Position numbers and translations under genes: made by a program. 64,000 nt of DNA from Mediterraneibacter gnavus (GTDB lineage Bacteria; Pseudomonadota; Alphaproteobacteria; RF32; CAG-239), in the NCBI GenBank assembly GCA_963617265.1, contig CAVEOB010000002.1, forward strand, positions 5,215 to 69,214, given 5' to 3'. Positions 57,213-64,000 of this stretch are shown in pieces. How positions within the stretch are numbered: the first letter of the stretch is position 1; the number at the start of each line of letters is the position of its first letter. The notes beneath the pieces are model-generated. The model was not told the origin of the DNA. It searched no databases and was given only the letters and a program-made list of their open reading frames with translations.

Positions 57213-57740
57213 ATGTTCTATTCGATCTATAGCGATTCACCGGTCGGACAGCTGTTAATGACCAGCGACGGGCAAAACCTGACCGGCTTGCAAATGAACA
57301 AACAGCGCTATGATCATATTGCTGAAAATTGGCTGCAAAATGATGATTTGCCGATATTTTTACAGACCAAACAATGGCTTGACGATTATTGGCAGGGCAA
57401 AAAGCCGAGCATTGCCGAACTAGCGCTAAAACCGCAAGGCAGTGAATTTCAGCAAAAAGTATGGCGGATTTTGCAGACCATTCCCTATGGCGAATATATA
57501 ACTTATGGATATATCGCCAAGCAAGTCGCACAAGAGTGCAGCAAAGCCAAAATGTCTGCACAAGCTGTGGGCGGCGCGGTCGGACGCAATCCTATTTGCA
57601 TTATAATCCCCTGCCATCGTGTCATCGGCGCCAACGGAAACTTAACCGGATATGACGGCGGAGTAGATAAAAAAGTGATACTGCTTCGGCATGAAGGTTT
57701 TGATATGTCCCAATTCACCCTGCCGAAACCAAGAGCTTAA
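57213..57740 (+). CDS. ogt: Methylated-DNA--protein-cysteine methyltransferase
   Basis: Has the active-site motif IIIPCHRVIG. I prefer the start at ATG 57213 (GGAGGAAAAA ATG). The track ORF begins at 57177. Confidence 0.9.
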   Translation: MFYSIYSDSPVGQLLMTSDGQNLTGLQMNKQRYDHIAENWLQNDDLPIFLQTKQWLDDYWQGKKPSIAELALKPQGSEFQQKVWRILQTIPYGEYITYGYIAKQVAQECSKAKMSAQAVGGAVGRNPICIIIPCHRVIGANGNLTGYDGGVDKKVILLRHEGFDMSQFTLPKPRA

Positions 57741-57744
57741 TCCT

Positions 57745-57773
57745 ATCCCTTAACAGCAACGTTTAAGGGATAT
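57745..57773 (+). terminator. Hairpin of the ATCCCTT family (after ogt, before cassette B)
   Basis: TATCCCTTAA - 9 nt - TTAAGGGATA. Confidence 0.5.
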
Positions 57774-57791
57774 TGTTTATGAATATTCGAC

Positions 57792-57820
57792 TTGACAAAA
57801 ATTCCATTAAAGTACATTAT
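57792..57820 (+). promoter_or_regulatory. Sigma70-like promoter of orphan cassette B
   Basis: TTGACA (57792-97), a 17-nt spacer, then CATTAT (57815-20). It is homologous to 37555-37584. Confidence 0.45.
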
Positions 57821-57866
57821 TCAAGGATAAAATCTATATTTATGTCTCATTTTAAATTATTCTGTT

Positions 57867-58292
57867 ATGACAAATGAAGTTATTGAAAAACTTTTGCCTA
57901 AAGTCAAGTCAGTTTATCCTCCAGATTTGGAAGTATCTGTTAAAGAGCATCCTTTGAACCAAACTCGTACCTTTTATTTGTTTATTATCAAATATAATGA
58001 AAAATTTGATGATATCTATAAATGGGATCTTGAGAAGGTTCATAAGCTCTACTTGAAAATTTGGTATGTAGTTAAAAACGAGAAATTAAACGACAAAGTA
58101 CGCTTTATATTTTGCTATAGAAACTACTTTGCACTTTATTACACGCCTACTAAGGATTCTGAACTCTATCAATTTGATGGGATTAGATTCCTAGATGATC
58201 TTGGTATTGGTGACTTTGAGCACTTTATCGGCAGAGTTTCTAACATTAACAAGCTAATCGACTATTTGATTACAAGACGTAATAGTATCTAA
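57867..58292 (+). CDS. Hypothetical protein, orphan cassette B (paralogue of 37631-38053)
   Basis: 141 aa. By eye, roughly half of the residues are identical to cassette A. The first ~25 codons and the 5' flank are much more conserved. Confidence 0.6.
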   Translation: MTNEVIEKLLPKVKSVYPPDLEVSVKEHPLNQTRTFYLFIIKYNEKFDDIYKWDLEKVHKLYLKIWYVVKNEKLNDKVRFIFCYRNYFALYYTPTKDSELYQFDGIRFLDDLGIGDFEHFIGRVSNINKLIDYLITRRNSI

Positions 58293-58301
58293 TTTGCATC
58301 T

Positions 58302-58343
58302 AAATCCCTTAATTTAAGCCTTGCTGGTTAAGGGATTTTTTTT
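58302..58343 (+). terminator. Hairpin terminator of the ATCCCTT family
   Basis: AAATCCCTTAA - 15 nt - TTAAGGGATTT followed by a T-run. The loop is homologous to the cassette A hairpin loop. Confidence 0.65.
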
Positions 58344-58589
58344 ATTTAACGGCACCTAAAAAATATCAAAGGGCGGAGCTTGAAAACTCCGCCTCACCAT
58401 ACTAGTTCTTTAAAAGAAGGATGATGATTTTAAGCAAATAAATAAGTATTCTTAAAACTTTGACTAAGTTTACCATCTTTCACCTTTCAGCCAATCTTGG
58501 CAGTTGTGAAAGGGATAAACCCCGCCTAAATTTGCCATGTTTTGACTTATAGTCTTGACATTTTAGCAAAAATAGGTTACATTTAACTC

Positions 58590-58762
58590 AGAAAGAAGTT
58601 AAAAGAGGGTTTAACCCTTTCGAAGTTAAAATAACGTCCAGTGCTCCTACACCGGACGTTAAATTTTATAACAGTATTGTTTTCTAAAATCAAGAAAACA
58701 AAATAAATTACACTTTTAGATTACAAACAAAAACAGAACTTTACAAAGTTCTTTACTTTTTT
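58590..58762 (+). ncRNA. Candidate small RNA (about 170 nt), unclassified
   Basis: The promoter is TTGACA (58555-60), 17 nt, TACATT (58578-83). No ATG-initiated ORF is present. Three internal hairpins are visible (GAGGG-TTTAA-CCCTT; AACGTCC..GGACGTT; GTTTTCT-AAAATCA-AGAAAAC). The terminator is AGAACTT-TACA-AAGTTCT plus a T-rich tail (58735-62). Confidence 0.3.
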
Positions 58763-59021
58763 ACATTTTCAAGCTACACAATTTATAGGTATAGAGATAT
58801 GCTGAGGGCGTCAAAAACCCTTTATTCAGATATACAGGCGCAACAAGCATATGCGACTTTAAACTTGTATGCCGACCTCTGTTTAACAATGGACGGATGT
58901 CGGTGAATAGGGCTATCAGCTTAATAAGCCGAGCCGTTTTTTGTATATCTGATACGGTTTTCGAACATCCGCCCGCCATTTTGATGGGTTTTATTTTGTG
59001 TTTTTTAGGAGGTTTGAAAAT

Positions 59022-59990
59022 ATGGATAAAAATTTGAAAAATAGAATATACTCCACTCTCAATATCATTTTTGCCACCACACCATGCTGGCTGTGGTCGG
59101 CGAGAATCCATAACGCCATTGCGACAGCAATGTCAATATTTAATAATACCCCTCACTCGGAGATAAAGCGCCACTCTCTCCCGCAGGGGACAAGATTAAA
59201 AAATATCTTACTAAAGGGTTTGAATGTCGTGTGTCAATACGTCTCAAAACTCTTTGAAACTGCGGAGAGTGGTGTAGATAAAGTGGTTTCTAGCTGCGAA
59301 AAAAATCCTAGTGTACATTTGAGGTACATGAATTTTTTGAGACAGCGTAAAACTGCTTTAGATGCGCCTCTACACGCAGTTTCTTCAGGAAGAAGTATGA
59401 TAGAAATGCTGGGCGTGCTGGCTATAATCGCTGTTTTGTCTGTCGGCGGTATTGCCGGTTACTCCAAAGCCATGCAAAAATGGAAAACAAATAAAGCAAC
59501 TGAAGAATATTCTACTATAATTTTTGGTATGCTGGAACATATTGATGATGTGCGAAAAATGAGTCCTCAAAGCGGATACACAGGACTTGCCGATTTAGCC
59601 ATAGCATTAAACCTTATTCCTAATAATTGGCACAAAGTAGGTGATAAGCATTTTAATGATACCTATGGCAACATGATACAAGTTCAAGCGCGAGCACAGA
59701 ATTTAGTTTTTGATATATTTATTGGTTATACTAAAGACAGCCAGTTCAATTCAGGTTGGTCTCCACAGTTATGTGAATCTTTAATTTCAAATTTAGCTCA
59801 GCCTTTGCATTCTGTGATAAACATTGTCAACACCTATCAATTTGGAAAGGGCGGAATATATTATCGCGGCGATGCTTATTGCGGAGGAGGTATACCGTGT
59901 GTCAATAACATGACTCTTAGCAATATTCATGATATGTGCAAATATTGTGATGATTCTAACAAATGGTGCTGCATAACCCTTGAATTTTAA
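59022..59990 (+). CDS. Type IV pilin-like protein (prepilin-type motif G-RSMIEMLGVLAIIAVL)
   Basis: ATG 59022 lies 9 nt after AGGAGG, giving 322 aa. An in-frame ATG at 59328 (after GAGG) would give a 21-aa leader (MNFLRQRKTALDAPLHAVSSG) before the cleavage-type motif, with Glu at +5 and a hydrophobic helix. The C-terminal domain has 7 Cys. The true start is unresolved. Confidence 0.55.
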   Translation: MDKNLKNRIYSTLNIIFATTPCWLWSARIHNAIATAMSIFNNTPHSEIKRHSLPQGTRLKNILLKGLNVVCQYVSKLFETAESGVDKVVSSCEKNPSVHLRYMNFLRQRKTALDAPLHAVSSGRSMIEMLGVLAIIAVLSVGGIAGYSKAMQKWKTNKATEEYSTIIFGMLEHIDDVRKMSPQSGYTGLADLAIALNLIPNNWHKVGDKHFNDTYGNMIQVQARAQNLVFDIFIGYTKDSQFNSGWSPQLCESLISNLAQPLHSVINIVNTYQFGKGGIYYRGDAYCGGGIPCVNNMTLSNIHDMCKYCDDSNKWCCITLEF

Positions 59991-60024
59991 CTAAAAAAAA
60001 CTCAGAGAATGATCTTAATGCGCC

Positions 60025-60074
60025 GTGCTTTTTAAGTGACGTGTACAAAAATGGTACACGAGCGCAAAAAGCAC
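60025..60074. repeat. 50-bp palindromic element (copy 2)
   Basis: The outer stem is GTGCTTTTT/AAAAAGCAC and the inner stem is GTGTAC-N7-GTACAC. It shares TGCGCCGTG and the inner stem with 46381-46430. Confidence 0.5.
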
Positions 60075-60087
60075 AAGCAGAAAGCCA

Positions 60088-61125
60088 TTATCTGAGCTTT
60101 CTAGCTGCGCTAGAAACACGCATAACACAATACGATGCCACCTGCTCTGCCGGCAGGTTGGTAGTTTTACAATCACGCTCACAGTCATAAAGCATAGACA
60201 ATGCACCTAACACACGTTCACGCGTCCAAATTCTTAGCTGCTGCATAAAAGTGGCTTTACGATAAAACATCAACGGCGGGCGCAATGATTTCAACGCTTC
60301 ATCAGCTGATTTTCCGCTTTCAATTTGTGCGGCGCAGCCCAAAAGTTTGTTAAAATGATAGGTCAGCTGCCGGATAATGATTGCCGGTTCTTCGCCTTCT
60401 TTCAGCAAACGTTCAAACATGGCGCAAGCTTTCATAACTTCGCCGCCGGCGGCGTAATAGCAAAAATCTTCATAATTGGCACCGGAAACATCGCTGACCG
60501 CCGCTTTTACATCGGCTATTGTCACATTTTTGCGCTCGCCCAAATACATCGCCAATTTTTCAATTTCGCTTTGGTTGACTTTTCTGTCTGGAGACAAACG
60601 CGCGCACAAAACCTGCAGAGTTGCCGTATCAAAAATCAGCCCCTGCGCCCGCAGCAGCGCTGCCGCAGATTCAGAAATATTTTCTTCTCTGTCGTCATAG
60701 CAGCCGACAATAATCACATCGGCTCGGTCTTTTGCCCAAGTAATCAGCGATGATTTGGTATTGAGCGATGATGAACAAACAATCAGCAAATTATCAGACT
60801 TTGTCTCAGGAATTATATTTTTCAGCACTGCCGCCAAATTATTATCGGCGTTTTTAACCACCACCGCACGCCGACCGCCCATTAGCGACTGCGCATAATA
60901 TTCGGCATAAATTTCCTGACCATCTTTAGAAACTTCGCTCATTTCCAGCGATGCGTAGCGAAAAGCGTCCTGCACATCTCCGCACACCGCCTCGGCGCAC
61001 TTTTTTTGCAGCATAGCGATTGTTCCCTCGTTACTGCCAAACAAAACCACGCACTTTACTTCGGGATTAGGATTTTTGCAAAAACTTTCCAGCTGCGCTT
61101 GCTTAAAATTCATTCGGATTACCAC
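60088..61125 (-). CDS. holA: DNA polymerase III delta subunit
   Basis: 345 aa (GTG 61125; alternative ATG 61113). Size and the conserved leuS-lptE-holA synteny support the call. Motif-level support is weak. Confidence 0.7.
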   Translation of the reverse strand: MVIRMNFKQAQLESFCKNPNPEVKCVVLFGSNEGTIAMLQKKCAEAVCGDVQDAFRYASLEMSEVSKDGQEIYAEYYAQSLMGGRRAVVVKNADNNLAAVLKNIIPETKSDNLLIVCSSSLNTKSSLITWAKDRADVIIVGCYDDREENISESAAALLRAQGLIFDTATLQVLCARLSPDRKVNQSEIEKLAMYLGERKNVTIADVKAAVSDVSGANYEDFCYYAAGGEVMKACAMFERLLKEGEEPAIIIRQLTYHFNKLLGCAAQIESGKSADEALKSLRPPLMFYRKATFMQQLRIWTRERVLGALSMLYDCERDCKTTNLPAEQVASYCVMRVSSAARKLR

Positions 61126-61669
61126 GCTTTGTTTTTACAGAATGGAAATAAGCGCCGATTCGCAAAGAAATATCATTAGCGATAATCTTAGCGCCGTCTT
61201 TTTCCACTTTCTTTTTATCCATGGTTGTTGAATACGGATTATCCAGCAAATCATAACTCAAATAAACCCAGCTTGAACCACTGACCAATTGCCCGTTATC
61301 TTTATCCCACAGCGAATATGACACCGTATATTTTACTTTTTCGCGGGTCGCGGTGATATCATCACGCAGCGCCTGCTGCACTGTTTCGGAATTAACCGGC
61401 TGAATTTTCAAAAAGTACTTAGCACATTTTGGAGTGCCGTACGGATTAAACGTATCCATCAGTTCATTTTTTATCATCTGACCGATACGGTCGGTTACGC
61501 TTTCCACTTTAATCTGCGCCATCTCATGCACAATATCGGTGTCAAATTTGTTATTATAATACCACAAATCATCACCCGATGTTTTTTCCACATACAACGG
61601 CTCAAACCCGCAGGCGGCAAGTCCGCAAACCGCCGCCATAACCATAGCTATTTTTGTTCTATACAACAA
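61103..61669 (-). CDS. lptE: LPS-assembly lipoprotein LptE
   Basis: 188 aa with a lipobox (LAA-C). Its position between leuS and holA supports the call. Confidence 0.7.
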   Translation of the reverse strand: MLYRTKIAMVMAAVCGLAACGFEPLYVEKTSGDDLWYYNNKFDTDIVHEMAQIKVESVTDRIGQMIKNELMDTFNPYGTPKCAKYFLKIQPVNSETVQQALRDDITATREKVKYTVSYSLWDKDNGQLVSGSSWVYLSYDLLDNPYSTTMDKKKVEKDGAKIIANDISLRIGAYFHSVKTKRGNPNEF

Positions 61670-64000
61670 TGTTCACAATCCTATTCGGTACAACAATAAC
61701 TTTTTTAACCTTTTGACCTTCAAGCTGGCGGGCTACATTTTCCATAGCCAAAGCAGTTTTTTCCACTTCTTCGCGCGGAGCGTCTTTTGCCACGGTGATA
61801 GTGCCGCGCATTTTGCCGTTCATCTGCACGCCCATAGTAACCATATTGTCTTCAGCTAACTTAGCATCGCCAACCGGCCAAGTTTCGGTAATAACCAAAG
61901 TATCATGCCCCAAGCGCGCCCACATTTCTTCCGCCAAATGCGGAGTAAACGGACTAAGCAGCTTAATCAAAGTTTCATACATTTCTGCCGGAATCTGCGC
62001 CATGTCGGACAAGTAGTTCACATAAATCATCAATGATGAAACCGCGGTATTAAATTTCATAGTGTCGATTCGCTCGGTCACTTCCAAAATGCACTTATGC
62101 ATAGCCCGCAAATCATCAGCCATCGGCTTAGCTTCTTTTGCCACTTTCTTAAACAAAGCATAAACCTTGCTGACAAAACGATATACACCGTTCAGGCTTT
62201 CTTCCGACCACATAGCCACTTGGTCAAACGGTCCAATAAACATTTCATACAAACGGAACGTATCGGCGCCGTAGGTGGAAACAATATCATCAGGGTTTAC
62301 GACATTACCGCGGGATTTAGACATTTTTTCGCCGTTGGCAGCCAAAATCATACCATGCGATGTACGTTTATGGTACGGTTCCGGCATCGGTACATAGCCG
62401 CAGTCATACAAGAATTTATGCCAAAAACGAGAATACAGCAGGTGCAGCGTGGTGTGTTCCATACCGCCGTTGTACCAGTCAACATTCATCCAATAATCCA
62501 AAGCTTCTTTAGAGGCAAATTCCTTATCGTTGTGCGGATCGCAATAGCGCAGGAAATACCAAGAAGAACCTGCCCAGTTCGGCATCACATCGGTTTCACG
62601 CCGAGCTGGACCGCCGCAGCATGGACAAGTGGTTTTAACCCACTCTGTCGCATTAGCCAGCGGAGAGTCGCCATTATCATTCGGGCGGTAATCCGGCACT
62701 TCCGGCAACTTCAGCGGAAGCTGATCTTCCGGAATCGGCTGCCAGCCGCAGTGTTCGCAATAAACCATCGGGATAGGTTCGCCCCAATAGCGCTGACGGG
62801 AGAATACCCAGTCACGCAGTTTGAAATTAACTTTAGCCTTGCCGAAACCTTTTTCTTCAGCATATTTAATGGCAGCTGCCATAGCTTCTTTTTTATCCAT
62901 ACCGTCCAAGAAACCGGAATTGATATGCTTGCCGTCTTCTTCCCAAGCCTTTTCGCTGATATCACCGCCGTCCAAAACTTGAATAATCGGTAGATTAAAG
63001 ACTTTGGCAAAATCATAGTCGCGCTGGTCGTGCGCCGGAACCGCCATAATAGCGCCGGTGCCGTAACCAGTTAAAACATAGTCGGAAATAAACACCGGAA
63101 TCAATTTGCCGGTAAACGGATTTCTTGCTTTAATGCCTTTTAGTTCCACACCGGTTTTGGTCGTATCTGCCGTACGCTGCAATTCGGATTTTTTAGCCGC
63201 TTCATCAATATAATTCTGCACTTCGACAGCGTTTTCAAAACGGTTCATCAGCTCTTTAACAAACTCATGCTCCGGCGCCATAACCGTATAGGTCACGCCG
63301 AAAGTCGTATCCGGACGAGTGGTGTAAACCACCATATTTTTACCAAGCGGATTGCCTTCGTTATCCGTCAGTTCAAAGCTCAGCTCTGCACCTTCGGAAC
63401 GACCAATCCAGTTAATTTGGGTTGAACGCACACGGTCGATAAAATCAACCTCTTTCAAATCATCAATAAGGCGGTCGGCATATTTGGTGATGGCCACCAT
63501 CCACTGCTCTTTGTCGCGGCGAACAACCGGAGCTCCGCAGCGCTCGCAACAGCCGTTAACAACTTCTTCATTTGCCAAGCCCACTTTGCAGGACGGGCAC
63601 CAGTTAATTGCCATTTTAGATTTATAGGCTAAACCATGCTTCCACAACTGAATAAACATCCACTGCGTCCATTTATAATATTCCGGATCGCAAGTAGCAA
63701 AACTTCTATCCCAATCAAAACTGAAACCGATTGATTTGAGCTGACGGGTGAAGTTTTCGATATTCTGTTTGGTTGAAATTGCCGGATGCACACCGGTTTT
63801 GATGGCATAGTTTTCTGCCGGTAAGCCAAAAGCGTCAAAACCCATTGGATACAAAACATTAAAGCCCTGCATTCTCTTTTTGCGGGAAACCACATCTAAC
63901 GCCGTATAAGAACGCGGGTGTCCCACATGCAAGCCGGCGCCGGACGGATAAGGAAACTCAACCAAAGCATAAAATTTTGGCTTAGAATGATCTATTTCAA
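61659..64000 (-). CDS. leuS: Leucine--tRNA ligase (5' end beyond the window)
   Basis: The HIGH motif is PYPSGAGLHVGHP and the KMSKS motif is EKMSKSRGN. The reading frame stays open to the window edge, so the true start lies past 64000. Confidence 0.95.
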   Translation of the reverse strand, partial: EIDHSKPKFYALVEFPYPSGAGLHVGHPRSYTALDVVSRKKRMQGFNVLYPMGFDAFGLPAENYAIKTGVHPAISTKQNIENFTRQLKSIGFSFDWDRSFATCDPEYYKWTQWMFIQLWKHGLAYKSKMAINWCPSCKVGLANEEVVNGCCERCGAPVVRRDKEQWMVAITKYADRLIDDLKEVDFIDRVRSTQINWIGRSEGAELSFELTDNEGNPLGKNMVVYTTRPDTTFGVTYTVMAPEHEFVKELMNRFENAVEVQNYIDEAAKKSELQRTADTTKTGVELKGIKARNPFTGKLIPVFISDYVLTGYGTGAIMAVPAHDQRDYDFAKVFNLPIIQVLDGGDISEKAWEEDGKHINSGFLDGMDKKEAMAAAIKYAEEKGFGKAKVNFKLRDWVFSRQRYWGEPIPMVYCEHCGWQPIPEDQLPLKLPEVPDYRPNDNGDSPLANATEWVKTTCPCCGGPARRETDVMPNWAGSSWYFLRYCDPHNDKEFASKEALDYWMNVDWYNGGMEHTTLHLLYSRFWHKFLYDCGYVPMPEPYHKRTSHGMILAANGEKMSKSRGNVVNPDDIVSTYGADTFRLYEMFIGPFDQVAMWSEESLNGVYRFVSKVYALFKKVAKEAKPMADDLRAMHKCILEVTERIDTMKFNTAVSSLMIYVNYLSDMAQIPAEMYETLIKLLSPFTPHLAEEMWARLGHDTLVITETWPVGDAKLAEDNMVTMGVQMNGKMRGTITVAKDAPREEVEKTALAMENVARQLEGQKVKKVIVVPNRIVNIVV

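Noticed and set aside
57745-58343. Integron-type gene cassette with attC sites, considered because of the inverted repeats flanking cassette B.
   Set aside because: The hairpins are only about 30-40 bp long. Their ends (CCCTTAA / TTAAGGG) do not match the RYYYAAC / GTTRRRY core sites. No intI gene or cassette array is visible. Terminator function explains them more simply.
58800-59020. c-di-GMP riboswitch upstream of the pilin-like gene.
   Set aside because: The sequence does not contain the GEMM-I or GEMM-II conserved cores as I remember them. I report it only as an unclassified structured leader.
58761-59111. 116-aa minus-strand ORF upstream of the pilin-like gene.
   Set aside because: It has no RBS, and its composition and Cys/His/Lys-rich translation look random. 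It overlaps the structured leader and the start region of the + strand gene.

Overview
This 64-kb chromosomal segment reads like a moderately AT-rich alphaproteobacterial genome. That placement is an inference from synteny only: pal-cpoB-tilS, miaB-phoH-ybeY-lnt, leuS-lptE-holA, mraZ-rsmH-ftsL-ftsI and hdaA. I can support about 60 protein genes and one tRNA-His. I recognise no rRNA, CRISPR array, transposase or integrase. Most of the window (15.4-55.4 kb and 60-64 kb) is housekeeping. It includes a complete N-type (atpDCQRBEFAG) ATPase operon, lnt, miaB, folD, pgm, a hybrid histidine kinase, kdsB, tilS, pal and the start of the dcw cluster. The stand-out region is the first 15.2 kb, all on the + strand. 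It opens with an operon of four to five tandem VirB6/TrbL-like membrane proteins, two of which carry built-in peptidoglycan hydrolase domains (SleB/CwlJ-type and M23). One VirB6-like core appears split into two genes. Next come three mosaic genes that shuffle a double-HTH module, a catalytically degenerate S24/LexA-like domain and an unknown N-terminal domain. The block ends with an operon encoding a Pro-rich/acidic tandem-repeat protein, an acidic protein, a secretin-like outer-membrane lipoprotein and a bitopic membrane protein. I suspect this is an uncharacterised envelope-spanning system, but all family calls rest on motifs read by eye, not on searches. Other accessory items are: a vWA-PP2C-Ser/Thr kinase triad (TerY-P type) preceded by a 44-aa lipoprotein; two diverged copies of a small orphan-gene cassette with a conserved promoter and an 11-codon uORF; a family of hairpins sharing an ATCCCTT stem core; a 50-bp palindromic repeat family; a candidate sRNA; and an isolated type IV pilin-like gene with a structured leader.
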